A stretch of 64,000 bases of DNA from the human T2T-CHM13v2.0 reference genome, Homo sapiens, in assembly GCF_009914755.1 (NCBI RefSeq), contig NC_060936.1; one strand, written 5' to 3'. This document shows, in pieces, positions 15,564-30,485 of this stretch. The stretch's first letter is position 1, and the number at the start of each line of letters is the position of its first letter. A program made the translations under genes and the position numbers. The notes beneath the pieces were generated by a model. The model ran no database searches and was not told where the DNA came from. It worked only from the letters and a program-made list of their open reading frames with translations.

Positions 15564-16939
15564 GCTGGGAAGAGACAGGGAGGAAGGAGGGCATCCGAGG
15601 GACCCGGGGTGTCAGGGGATTCTTTTCCCTAAAGCTGAGAGAAGCTTGTGCATGTTTAAGTTATAAAGTGATGCTCAGAGTCCCAGTGGTAATGTGGGGC
15701 TGCTTTCCAGGGGCTTGAAAACTCTCCTCTGTGTACCTTGTGGGTTTCCAGGACACAATTATGCAACCACCTTACTTTTTACCACCCACTTAAGAGTAAC
15801 AGAGAATTTTATTTAAAAGAGAAGTATGTAATTGTGTTCACAGTAGATCTGCTGTGTGTAATTAGTTTGTGTGGAGCTAGTTCAGTTTGTCTGGTTGACA
15901 TTTTGTCGACCAGTGACTTGTGCAGTAAATAATTATAGGGAAATTCAAGGGGAATTCAAAGGGACAGTATTAGCACTAATCAGAGATGCAAGCTGCACTT
16001 TGTGATCTTTTCGTCTTCACTAGCAGGGTATTGTTTGGTTAAGAATTTTGTCAGATTTTATTTTAATACCATAGAAGCATAGCATACCATTTATCTCTCT
16101 GTTAGCTCTATTAAAAATATGGCCTCTATCTCCATTATGTTTAAATTGACTGTCACTCACTTCGGTTAGACAGAATATTTCAGAAAAAATCACTAAAAAC
16201 CAGGAAAGAAGCAAATGCATTGTGCCAACTGTAATTTTAAGGTTAGATATAATTTTTAATTGCATTTCTTCCTGTCTGTGTGGTCTAAATCCACAACACT
16301 TTTTGCAAGAAATTCAACATGTGCTTCTCTTTGGTTTTCGAGAATTTTATTCAAACTTGGAATCTAGCATTTATCCCAGCATATTTTAGCTAACTGAATT
16401 TGTGTCAGTCTCTTTGATTATGAGCTTCTTGCAGACAGGGATTGCTGACTTGGCGGAGCCTGTGTCCCCGGCTAGAACTGGCAGTTTGCTAGAGCTCATA
16501 AAGTATCCCTTGAGTGGAATTAAAGTTGAAATCCAGAATTAGCAAACTTGCCACTTACCTCCAGGATCCCCAAGTAGTGATTTTTCTTCACTTACAGCAA
16601 TGCAGTTACATCTGCTACTTTAATAAATATATTGGCGGTTTTCCTCTCAATGGGAAATCAAAACCTCTTCCAGTTCTTATGCCCTATTGGGTTTAGCCAA
16701 AGGAGCTTTTTGCCTGCCCCTGGGATTGCAATGTCAGATCAATGTTAAGAGATGTTTTTCCAGTGGAAAGAGGTAGAAATAAGGACACCCATTTTGCACT
16801 AGTTAGGATTGACATTGGTGATACTTTACACAAAGTATTTGAAATTCTGATTGGGTTGGAAGTAGAAAGGCAGCTGGGAGGTAAAAAGTCCCCTTTCCTG
16901 CTACAAATGTGCAGTGGTCTTGACTGTGACCGAAGGCCA

Positions 16940-17410
16940 CAGGGCCTGATGGGAATGAAGTGAGTAAAGGGCCAAGCTGCATGTTCATGACGGACCACCC
17001 ACCCCACCGATGTCATCTCCCGCAGCGTTCTGGCCACACACACCGTCTTTTCTAGGCTCCTGGAACCCACCAAGCTTACTCCAGTCTCAGGGCATTTTCT
17101 TTGTTTCCTTTCCCTGGAATGCTCTTCCCTTACCTGCCTGCAGAGCTGGTCTCTCCTTGCCATTCATGGCTTACCTTGGATGTCCCCTTTTCCCCGACCA
17201 TCCCTATGTGGTCCTCTTTGGCAATCCTGGCCCCATTATCCAGCTGATTTTCTTCAAAGCACTCATCGCCACCTGAAATGAAGTTATTTATTTGTTCACT
17301 TATTTGTCATCTGTTTCCCCCACATTACAAGGTCAGCTCCATGCGGGCAGGGACATGTATCCCCAGTGCCAAGAACTATATGTGGCATGTAGCTGGGACT
17401 CAGCAAATGG
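16940..17410 (+). mobile_element. L2 3' end
   Basis: ccctggaatgctcttccc...gtcagctccatgcgggcagggac...ctcagcaaatg. Confidence 0.75.
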
Positions 17411-17465
17411 GAACCACACGCCTTTACATCTCGGATACAGCCATTCACTCATGTGGCTTGATGCC

Positions 17466-17802
17466 TGCCATGGGCTGAATTGTGTCCCCCAAAGTTCCTG
17501 TGTTGAAGCCCTAACCTCCAGGACCTCAAAATGTGACCGTATTTGGATATAGGGCCTTTAAAGAAGTCAACAAGTTAAAATGAGGTCATTAGGGTGGGCT
17601 TTAATCCGATACCTTCTGAGAAAAGGGAGATCCATGTGAAGACACAGGAAGATGATCATCTGCAAGCCAAGGAGAGGTCTCGGAAGAAACCAGCCATGCA
17701 AACACCTTCATCTTGGACTTCTGGCCTCCAGAACTGTGAGAAAGTAAATTTCTGCTGTTTAAGGCGCCCCCAGTCTACGGTACTTCGTATGGCAGCCCCA
17801 GC
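17466..17802 (+). mobile_element. MLT1B-like MaLR LTR
   Basis: tgggctgaattgtgtccccc...gtgaccgtatttggatatagggcctttaaaga...ggcctccagaactgtgagaa. Confidence 0.88.
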
Positions 17803-17986
17803 TTCCTTTAGCTTCCGTTACAAAGTACCATTGTAGTGCCCTGCAATGGAAAGTAATAAAGAGCCTTTAAAGCCATCAGCTATTAATTCAGAAGTTTCTT
17901 AATGTCCCTTACCCTTGTCCCCTCCCCTTTCTAACCTGTGTTTTCTGTTCTGTTTCATTATCAGTTTGAGTCTTTTAAGAGCACAG

Positions 17987-18292
17987 TTGTTTTTTGTTTT
18001 GTTTTGTTTTGAAACGGAGTTTCACTCTGTCTCCCAGGCAGGAGTTCAGTGGGGTGATCTTGGCTCACTGCAACCTCCGCCTCCTGGGTTCAAGTGATTC
18101 TCATGCCTCAGCCTCCCAGGTAGCTGGGATTACAGGCACGCACCACCAAGCCTGGCTAATTTTTCTATTTTTAGTAGAGACGGGCTTTTGCCATGTTAGC
18201 CAGACTGGTCTCGAACTCCTGGCCTCAAGTGAACTGTCTGCCTCAGCCTCCCAAAGTTCTGGGATTACAGGTGTGAGCCACCACATCCAGCC
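17987..18292 (-). mobile_element. Alu
   Basis: Full antisense dimer; TSD aagagcacag/aagagcatag. Confidence 0.96.
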
Positions 18293-18831
18293 AAGAGCAT
18301 AGGACTTTACTTTTGGGATGGATGTGTTTGTCGGTGCCACTCCTTGGCAGATGTGTGACACACAAGAATCTTGCTCTGCACTTTAGGGATGTTCCTCTTT
18401 AGGGATGTTCCTTTGGGATTGAAGCTATGAAGAACACTGTTAGTGCAAAAGGAAGGGTTATTACCAAGACCTCTGACTCTCTGAAGTCCTCTGTCTGGAG
18501 GCTCATTCTTCTTAGAGTGGAGATGGCTTTTCCATTTAAATTCTCCGTGGGCACAGGGAATTCTAAAGTATCTGGATTCTCATGGGAGTCTGTATAGTGC
18601 AGACCTCAACTCAGCTCACCCACAAACATGTTTTTTTTTGTTTTTCCTTTGTTTAGATGTAGAAAGTGGCTGATTTTAACTAGTAATTAGACAGTCCCTT
18701 GAGTCCTGGATGTCTCCTGCCACAGTTGAAACGGTGAGGCTCACAGAGAGGGATTTCTTAAGGGTTTCTCTGGGGGTTTCAGCCAAGTCTTCCTAATGCA
18801 TGTTTCATTGCAGAGATCCCTCTGCCCTGCA

Positions 18832-18950
18832 CCCCCCGACCCCGCCCCGCCCCGGCTTCTCTATCTTTCTTGCCTAAACTTATTTCTGCTTGGCAACCTT
18901 GCATGTTGATCAACTTGTATCCCTTGGTGCTCACTAGCTAATTGCAATTA
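18832..18950. promoter_or_regulatory. Candidate intronic cis-regulatory motif cluster (GC boxes, RFX half-site, homeodomain palindrome)
   Basis: ccccgccccgcccc, ttggcaac, and perfect palindromes gttgatcaac (18905-18914) and taattgcaatta (18939-18950) in apparently repeat-free DNA. Motif evidence only. Confidence 0.35.
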
Positions 18951-19766
18951 TGTGCTGTTAGAGGAAACAGATAGAAAAAAGAGATCATCTGTGGCTCGAA
19001 TGAGAAATGAGAAAGAGTGGATATTTCCAATGCTCCATACAGAAAAAAACCCTCAATTTTGGTGGCTTCATGTTGCAGAAAAATGTTGAGAGTTACATTT
19101 CATTTTGTAGCAGGGCTAGATTGCACAGCTGAAATCCATAAGATCAGATACAACATTTCCATCACTGAGCAGCTTAATAAAGCCCCTAATAGGATTTGCT
19201 GACCATAAGAACTGCAGACCAAGATACAGAAAGGTTTTATTTATTTGCCATCTGTATGTAAATTTTGCTATTATGGAAATTGTGTCAGAAATTGTACTGC
19301 AACTGGATAGCACACAATGTACTATAATATTTGAGCTCAGATACAAAAAGCAGCTAACCCTTTCGTGTGTGTATGCATATGAATAATCCAGCTCATTGTT
19401 GCTGTCTATAAGAAACTCAATCTCAGACTCAGAATCTAACCTGTGATCAAGGTGGATGGACTCATTTGAATATGCAACAGTCTCTAAAGACTCAGGAGAT
19501 GGAGGCTGAGTTTTCAAGGGAAAAGAAGTGTCCGTGCCTTGCCATTTTATTAGCTGCTTTCAGGATCTAGTGCCAATCTGTCCTTCTTCAGTGATTCCCC
19601 AGGTGACAGCAAAGAGATACATTTTGTCGCTAAAGGACAAATGTTTTTGGAGTTATGTATAGCTAGTCATGGAGTGGAGGAACACCCATCTTTGCTTTTC
19701 ATCTTGAAAGAAAGGAAACCAACATGAAAAAGTTACATCAGGATTCAGATATGTGATGTCAGCTAC

Positions 19767-19952
19767 GTTACGTAATTAGTGAGTGTCCTGGATGGGCGAG
19801 CAAGTGGCTTATTCTGTGGCTGGTGGCTGCCGGCTCTCTTTGAGGTGCACACATCACACTCTGTCACACCCAGGTAGAAAGTTTGACTTACCACGGCTGC
19901 GTGTTTCCATAGTAACATGATGAGGGTTCAGAGAACGTGGTAAACCCACGTT
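19767..19952. promoter_or_regulatory. Candidate enhancer: D-box, RFX X-box and inverted E'-box pair
   Basis: GTTACGTAAT 19767-19776; GTTTCCATAGTAAC 19903-19916; AACGTG-N7-CACGTT 19934-19952. Motif evidence only. Confidence 0.45.
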
Positions 19953-21639
19953 AGTGAGACCAGCACATGAACTAAATCACCTTCTATATTCCTGTGAATT
20001 CTTCATTTTGTTACTTCCCTTTCTCTCCAATAGTTATCAGGTTCTGGAATGACTTTTGTCTTCAAGTCATCTTAGAGGCCACCTAAAATCAGTCTGCACT
20101 CACACCTTGGGAACCGCCAGGGAAGGGGAAAAATGGTTTCAGGTGATAACTCAGATGACTGTAGGTATTCCGGTACCACTTACTCTTGGTGCTGAGGTAG
20201 CACTGAATTACCTGTTGAGAGGTGGTTCCTGCTGCATCCTCTTTGTGTCCTGGTTAAGTCAAGGAGGTAGTGTCTGTCTGAGGCTCCAGTCTCTTGCACC
20301 CCCTAACCTCTTGCTAATCTCCTTGTCTGATGGCTTGTTTTTGTTTTAAATGAGAGCCCACATCCCAGGCTGGGAGGCTTTGGCAGGCAGCAGTGTCTGG
20401 CTACAATTCAATAACATTGTTTTTTTCCATTGTACTTATTTTAGGGTTTTCTTCTCTTTATGGAAATTGATATTGCTTTTTTTTTCCACTTCAAGTGCTG
20501 ATATATTGCTTCCTCCCCAGATAAATTTGAGTAAGCCCAGTGAACAGACTTAAATAAAAATATTAAGTAATAATACAGATGGTACCCATGCTAAAGCAAA
20601 ACAGAGTGACAGGGCACGGGATGCCTGAGGACTGGGAACGTTGGTTGACAGCAGGTGCCGCCTTAAGTGAGGCAGGAGACCAGCCCCGGTGGATGCTCAT
20701 TTACACTCCTCCTGCCCAGCAGCTCCTCCAGTGGCTAGCTGCCTGGGCTCGGGGCTATTTAAACTCTTCCTGTCCTTGTTTCCTCATCTCAGAATGGGAT
20801 AGCACCACTTCCCCACTTCCTGGAGGGATATGAGTCTAGAGGGAGTTTCCTGCAGGGGAGAAGCTCCCAGGTTGAGGGAGGGGTACAAAGAGAGCAAGTT
20901 CCCCCTTCCCCTTAAAAGGGCTGAGGCCGCCCTATGAAGCCCACTGTCTAAGGGGGAGCTGAGTGTGCCAGGCAGGGACCCTAGGATTCCGTGGCCATGG
21001 CACAGACTTTGGCACCTGAGCCAGTGCCCCCAGGCACATCACAGTGATCTGAAAGCAGATCTATGTGAAATAAATGCCTGCTCCAGTGTGGGGAGCAGGG
21101 AAGAAAACTGTGACTGGCCTTCCAGGTCATCCAGAACCCTCCCACGGTTTCTCCAAGCACGCTCTGGGACCACTGGCAGTGGGATCCCTTAGCGGGACAG
21201 GGCAGGCTGGTAAAATGCAGATCTCTTGGCCATATCCAGACCCACTCAGAGAGGCTCGCTGAGAGTGGGGCCAGCAGCCTGCGTTTCCCCAGTGCTGCTG
21301 CTATGCAGGTCTGCAAGCTGCTGTCTGTGCACTGCCTCTGAGGCACAGAACACCTGTGCAGGTGGGTAGTGGGGAACATGTGGTTACTGAGGGCTGATTT
21401 ACTTCAGTTGATGGGGAACTGCTCCTAGGGGCATGAAATGGAGAGAGTTCCCAGAGCTGGGCTGAGACAGCAGGGACTTATCCTGAAGGTCAAGGAGCAG
21501 CTGAACCAAGGGGAGACCCAGAGAGGAAGCCCACATCAGAGGGCAGGGAACTTTGGATTGTGGGCTGGACTGGGGAGAAGGTGGAGGTGAAGTAGAGGTT
21601 GGGTAGCAAGACCTTGAGAACAAAGAGTGAGGTTGGGTG

Positions 21640-21830
21640 GTTAGGTTCAGAATTCCTAAATCTTGGACACTTCTCATGCATGTCGTGTGCCTCAGTACCC
21701 CCTGCTATAAAATGAGGGTAATGATGTCCCCTACTTGAGAGTGCTGTGGTGAGGAATACACAGGTTAATATGTGTTAATATGTGTAAGTAGCTCAGAACA
21801 GGGCCTGGCTCAGGGATCTAATTATTATTA
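21640..21830 (+). mobile_element. MIR SINE
   Basis: gtgcctcagt...ctataaaatgagggtaatgatg...gctcagaacagggcctggc. Confidence 0.7.
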
Positions 21831-22529
21831 TTTTCCATGTTGTTATAATTTTTATTCCACTATATAGTTCTGATCTCTCTCATGGGACGTCTGAATATTT
21901 TCAAAGGATTCTCTTGGAGTTGGACAGATCCCTTAGGGAAGTGGAATGAACTGTTTTCTTTAAAGAGAATCTCTTTCTAGAGCCTGCAACTCTGGCTGCT
22001 TGCTATGGGTTCACTTAACAGCTATTCATGGAGCACCCACCCAGCTGGTGAGATTTAGGAGGCACCAAGGTGACTTGCATGGGGACCTTACTCACAAAAT
22101 CTTAAGTTCTTTTGGGGATACAGCGCACACATACGGTCAGATGAGTTCATGTGAAGGGGGTTTCAAGAATGTTTTGAAAGCTAGGTATTTAGGGAGGCTG
22201 GACAAGGGGAGGTGTCACTTGATCTTGGCTGTTAGAAGTTGGTTAAATGAGGATATGGGAATGGGAGGGGAGAAGGCATTCTCACTCTGGTAGAGACGGT
22301 GACACTGAGTATGGAGTGATGGGCCGCCCAGCTGGGAGGGATGCTGGTGTTGGGGTCAGGAAGTAGGTGAGACCTGTACATTGAAATACCTGTGGATATA
22401 GGGTGGATCTCTTCCTTCGGCTTGTCACTAATTCCAGGAAACTGTGTGGTATCATGGAAAAAGCATGAACAATAAATCCAGGAAGACTGGTTCAGATCCC
22501 TATTCTGCCATGGACCAGCTGTGAGCTGA

Positions 22530-23030
22530 TATCAGCTGGAGTGCATTTGACTGCACGTACCATCAAATCCAATGACAGTGCCTCAATCAAGCAGGGCCTT
22601 AGTTTTCTCCCATAAGAAGAATTTACAAGTAAGTAGTCAAGGGTGGAGGTAGCTGTTCTCTGGGCCATCAAAGACTCAGGCTCTGCCTGGCTTCATCTTT
22701 AACCCACAGTTTTTATCTTCATGGCTGCTACACCTCTAGGAATCATGTCTGGATTCCAAGAAGCAAGATGGCAGCAGGGCAAGGGAAATAGACACGCACA
22801 GCTGGATGTGGCCTTTGCTGTAAGAAACACTTCGTTTTCCTAGAGCTCCCACCCAGAGCTACCTACTTGCATTTCATTGGCCAGAACTGTGCCATGGTCA
22901 CTTCTAGCTGCAAGGGAGTCTTTGGAGGTGAATGTATTTAAGTGGACATTTCTGTCCCCACTCCTGCAAACAAGTTTATAGGTCAATAAGGTGAAAGGGG
23001 CAAGTTGACAATGGCCAAAGAGCAGTGTGT
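22530..23030 (-). mobile_element. Old MaLR LTR (MLT1J/L-like)
   Basis: tttcattggccagaactgtgccatggtcacttctagctgcaagggagtc. Confidence 0.6.
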
Positions 23031-23322
23031 GCTGCTGCTGGCTTTCACTGAATCTTTAATGTCTCTGAGCCTCATTTGCTCATATGGGGAGAAGGACACT
23101 AGAACTGCCTGTTATTGTTGTTGGAGGTTTGAGTGAGGTCTCATGTGTATAGCCCCCACCCCCCTCAGTCCCCAGCATCTGGTGGTCTCTCTACAAAGCA
23201 CCTATCACTGCCTTGCCTGTCTTGGGAAGAATGCAGCAGGTTGAAATGTGGATCTGCCTACCAAGCCTTCATTTTCAGGTTAAGGAACTCCCTATCAAGA
23301 ATTTAATTGGAGCTTCCCTGCC

Positions 23323-23862
23323 TTTGGTAGGCAGAATAATAATGCTCCAAAGATGTCCAAGTCTTAATCACCAGAACCTGTGAATATGTTATGTTACATG
23401 GCAAGGGGGAATTGAGGTTGAAGATGGAATTTAGGCTTGATCAGCTGAGTTAAGGAGGGTATCCTGGGTTATCCAGGTGGAACCAGTGTAACCACAGGAT
23501 CTTCAATGGGACGAGGGAAGCAGAAGTTCACAATCAAAGAGAGAGCACTGAATTCTACAGTGCTGGCTTTGAAGATGCAGGAAGGGGCCACAAGCCAAGG
23601 ATGCAGCCAGCTTCTAGAAGCTGGAAAAAGCAAAAACCAACCAACCAACAAGCAACAGCAGATTCCAGGACAAACAAACAGAAAACCCCCCAAAATAAAG
23701 ACAAAAAATGGATATTCTCCTTGGCCCTCCTGAAGGATCACAGCGCTGCTAACCCCTTGATTTTAGCTCATCTTGGATTTTTGAACTGTAGAATGATAAG
23801 ACAATATATTTATGCTACTAAGCTTGTGGTGGTTTGTTACAGTAGCATTGGAAAATAATAGA
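23323..23862 (+). mobile_element. MLT1D MaLR LTR
   Basis: tggtaggcagaataat...gaacctgtgaatatgttatgttacatggcaagggg...gtggtttgttacagtagcattggaaaataata. Confidence 0.88.
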
Positions 23863-24236
23863 GTCCCCTGACCAGTTAATCCAGAAAGTAGATGGATGGC
23901 TTTGCCATTGAGCAGAGCCCATCATGAAAGGGAGGCAGATTGAAAATGCATTTGAGCACCAGAATATTACATGTCCTGTGGAGTAAATGCTCCCAGCTCC
24001 AGAGCTGAGATTTTCCATCATGAATGAAGCAAGGACATTTCCAAGTGCTGCCACTACAGGTAGAGGTGTGTGGAATTGAGAGCTTTGAGAGATGAGGGTT
24101 TTTCAGATCACAACATTACATTCAGGGTAGATCTGTGAACTTCTATTTTGCTCCTGTCTCTCTGATTCAGCATTTATCTTCAATTTGGAAAGGAGAGAAT
24201 ACTGTGGTGCAGGAAAGAAATGGAGCTGAGGATGGA

Positions 24237-24666
24237 TGCGTTCATTTCCTAGGGCTTTCATAACAAATTGCCACAAACTTGATGGCTTAAAATCATAGGG
24301 CTTTGTTCTCTCACAGTTTTGGAGATCAGAAGTCTGAAATCAAGGTGTGGGCAGGGTAGGTTCCTTCTTCTGAGGTTCTGAGGGAGAATATGTCCCCGTG
24401 GTTCTCTCCTAGCTTCTGGTGGTGGCTGGCAATTCTTGGAGATCCCTGGCTTGTGGTCACATTAGTCCAGTCTCTGCCTCTGTCTTCACATTGTCTTTCC
24501 TCCTGTGTGTCTCTTATAAGTACACTGGCCATTCGATTTGGGACTCACTGTAACCCAGGATGATTTCATCTTGAGATATTTACCTTGCTTACATGCACAA
24601 ATAAGTTCATATTCACAGGTTCTGGATGGACATATATTTTGGGGGCCATCATTCAACCCACTGCAA
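24237..24666 (-). mobile_element. MLT1C MaLR LTR
   Basis: ttcctagggctttcataacaaattgccacaaacttgatggcttaaaa...cattcaacccactgca. Confidence 0.88.
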
Positions 24667-24849
24667 TGAGCAAGATGAGTGCATCCTTCCAGCCTCAGAT
24701 GAATCACCTCCCACAGCACCAAGGAGTTTATGGATAGATTCCAAGCACGTCATTGGAGTGGGGCACGTGATCCCAAGCATGTGATTGGAGCATGGCATAT
24801 GTTGGTGCTCGGTTCTCACCGTCAGATCCACTAGTTTCTCTTCCTTTTC

Positions 24850-25868
24850 CAAGGAGGCTGTCCCTGCAGGCTATGATTTCCAGTTACCCACAACTGGCTT
24901 CAGCTGATGGGAGGCACTGGTAGAAGATTGGAAGCAAGAGGAACGCAGCCCTCCCACCCATGGTGTCCATGGTAGCAGCCACATTTCTCCTGCTTAATGA
25001 GTCCTCTGTGGTTCCATTGTCCTTTGTGTGACCCTGATCCCTGGTTCTGAAAACATTACTTCCTTCTGTCCTTCTGGCCTAGGGGTGCTATCAGCTCCCT
25101 GCTGCACTAATCTCAGTTGGGCCTTCCAGATGCACATGAATGCACACCCTCTTCCCTGGATTAATTTTCCTGTTTTAAATGCTCAGAGTTGCTTCTGTCC
25201 TGGTCAGATGCTTAATGGTACAAGAGATACAGAGAGAGAAAGGAAGACACCAAATTTGTGTTGGCCTTGCTACTAAGCACACTATATGCATAAAACCAGC
25301 CTTAGCCCCATTCCAGCTCTGTGGAGTTACAGGCACGGTGTGTTGAGCCCCTGTGGTTGAGACATTGGGGATTTGATATTCCACACACCTTTCAACCTGC
25401 TGGTGGTCCAAGGCCCCACTCTCCCATAGACATCTCATGCTGTACAAGTGCACGCAAGCTGTGCATGTAGACACAAAGCAGACTCCTGACCAGGACCTGG
25501 GGCCCAGGTAGTTAATCTGGGAGGTGATACCAGAAAGCAGAAGTGAGAGGATGGGGAGAGTGAGACCAAGGAGGAAGATGAGGGGTCCCTGGGACGTCAT
25601 ACCACTGGGGTGCTCTCTTGGAACTGTGTACAAGGACCCTCAGAATTGTCCCTCAGGAAAATGGGGAGGCTAAAGAGTTTATCTATTGGCCTCCCTTCCC
25701 AATTGGTTGAAGGTTGATCTGGGTCAGTAACTTGGAGAAAACAGTGGAGAAGTCAAGACTGCCTTGGTGATAGCGCCTAGCTATGGCACATGGAACTGTC
25801 CATTCCAGTGGTTCTGAAATCAGGTGGGCTGAGGGGCAGCAGAGCAGTGCTTCACATGTGTCTACTAC
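24850..25868. mobile_element. Degraded ERVL LTR fragments (LTR33/LTR16-like)
   Basis: gatgggaggcactggtagaagattgg and gtagttaatctgggaggtgataccag blocks recall old ERVL LTRs. Confidence 0.4.
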
Positions 25869-25952
25869 TGTGTGTGTGTGTGTGTGAATGTATGTATGTG
25901 TGTGAATGTACATATGTGTATGCATATGTGCGTTAGTGCACATGTATGTGTG
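25869..25952 (+). repeat. Imperfect (TG)n/(TATG)n tract
   Basis: tgtgtgtgtgtgtgtgtgaatgtatgtatgtgtgtgaatgtacatatgtg... Confidence 0.9.
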
Positions 25953-27439
25953 TTCACGTAAATCAGGGACTGAATGGGGGCAGAGATCAGGGTCCCTCCT
26001 GCTGGTTGATCCACAGGTGATGTGCATAGGTTACTGGGGAAGATATTCTATGGATGCCAATGGGAAATGCAATTCTATGGGTGCCAGGTATACATGCTGT
26101 TTGGTGCCAGCTGAAGTGGAAGCTTGGAGGTGGGGTCTGGTGCTTCTGATCAGATGTTCTCTGTGGAGGTCTTGCCAATTACTTTCCCTGGATCTTAGCC
26201 CATTTCTGGGCTTGGGTTTCTAGGCCTCTCCTTCCTATTCTACGAGATGCCCAACATCCCTTTTAGAAATCTTCTCATAAGCTGGCCAGAAAGGATTTCT
26301 GTTGTTTGCACACAGGTAACTCTAACTTACATTCTTCCTTGACTGTTTGGCATTTTAGGTTACTATCACATGATTTTATGTCAAATATAAATAATTTCCA
26401 TGGTGCACCCAGTATCTCCAGGCTCCTAAAGTGCAGACAAAAGTAGGATATGGTTCTTCTTTTCTTCGAAGGTAAGTGTGATTTCTCAGTGCAGTCATAG
26501 TAGCATCTCCATTTTTCTAGTAGGGGTCATGCAATTTTATCTTTTTCATTCCAAGAGATGGTCCTAGGATACAGAATGATGATTCTGAACAGGATGTTTG
26601 GTGTAAGAACACAAAGAAGGCATATTCTTACTGCCTTCTTAAGGAGCAGTGACAGGGGATGGTGGAAAGAGGAGAATTGTGGAGTTGGGTGTCTGAGCCT
26701 GGTTCTGACTCTTTATGACCTTGCTTGAGCCACTCCATTTCTCTGAGCCTCAGTCTCTTGATGACAGAACCATTAGACAAACTGAGATGTAAACAAGAAA
26801 CAGAGGCCTTTGAAAAAGTTTAAAAAGTTTAAAAAGAGGCCTTTAAAAAGTGTAAAAGTCTGTGAAAGATGGGTGGTTTGATTGCTGTAATAATTTGATG
26901 CCAAGAAATTACATTAAACTCAGTTCAATAACATTGCTCTTGAAATGTGTTTTAGGGTTTAACCACTCATTGAATTATTCCAGATCGGGCTAACTTTGTA
27001 AAGTTGTGGGTGTTTTGCTTCTTAAAAATCTGTTTTCTCTGCTTGAAAACTCTTTGTTAATGGCTTTCCATTCTTGGTCACTCTGTGAATTGCTGGTGGT
27101 GGAGACATAGGAGACATAGACAGGTAAAGGTAGGGGTCCTGTGTTCCACAGAAGAGGGTTTTTTGACAACTGCAGATAGAGTTCTTTTTTAGCAGATTGA
27201 TTCCTCCTCCAGATATGTTTTCTTTTCTTTCATCTGAGCTGTTGAGCAAACCCAACCTGGAGTGGGTTTCTCAGACTGTGGTACCAGCTGCTGTCATCTT
27301 AGCTGAATTGAACTGGACGGTGAGACGGCCTCTTGTTGTAGATAATTGCCTCTTTGATTTGTTGCTCAAAGACCCCCAGGGTGCAGCTGCAGGATTGCAG
27401 TAGAGTGTGAGGCTGACTGTGGAAGTCAGTGACAGCCCC

Positions 27440-28552
<1,113 letters not shown>

Positions 28553-28594
28553 TATTTCTATCAGTTAAATTTTTGTTTCTATGTTTTAAAATTT

Positions 28595-29318
<724 letters not shown>

Positions 29319-30161
29319 AAAATTTAATGCTGGGCATTTAAAACAAGTTCCTAACATTTTAAAATTAGGCAAGATTGTTTTCTTTGATGTAGATTGTTTT
29401 CTTTTGCTCTCACAGCAAAAAAGATTAAAAAACTAGGCAAGATCAAAGTTTGTTTTTTTAATTTATTCCTGTTTCTTCTTGATAATATTTGAAGGGATAA
29501 AAAAAAACTGTGTGAGAGTTGGATATCTAGGGTTGGGGGACCTGTCTAGCATCTTTTTGCTCCTCTGATTTTGGGAGGAGGTTAGCTCCGCAGAGCCTCA
29601 CCATGTCTCTTTGTTTCACATCGTGCCAAGGAGCTTGGCAGCTGGAGGCTGCCTTGTGGACCCTATTGTTGGAGGCGATCAATGCACCTTGGACTTTATG
29701 GCCAGAGGGAGCCTTTTTAGTGACAGAACTAAAATGTCCTAGGTCACATGAGAATAGATGCTGACAAAATTTGTGTTGGACAAAGACCTTATGTAACTCT
29801 CAGGCTTTAATTTCCCAAGGAAAATAACTTTATTATTGTCACTTTCATGTACTTTGTAAGTAGGTTTGGCAACTAAAAGAAACATAATCAATTGATCTAA
29901 ACAACAGTCTAGTGAATGCCAGGGGCTTAATGTATTTTTTATTGAAACCATGGGAGGTGGATCAGTGTTACATAATATTTCTCATATGGGATATTCATTA
30001 ATTTATTAGTTCAACAAATATTTGAGTGTCTTATATTTGCCAGCCATTGCTTTTGCACTGACTAGATAGTTCTCTGATCTAATGAGACTTATATTCTAGT
30101 AGGAGAGACACAGAAATCCTTGGTATTTTGGTGTTTATGGTGGCCATTTTTTGTGAATTAA

Positions 30162-30485
<324 letters not shown>

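Noticed and set aside
18381-18412. Perfect 16-bp tandem duplication ctttagggatgttcct (similar micro-duplications near 4683, 21765, 26802, 29372)
   Set aside because: Ordinary slippage products with no further structure.
19116-19517. 133-aa minus-strand ORF in unique sequence
   Set aside because: Non-ATG start, no recognisable domain and no supporting splice signals.
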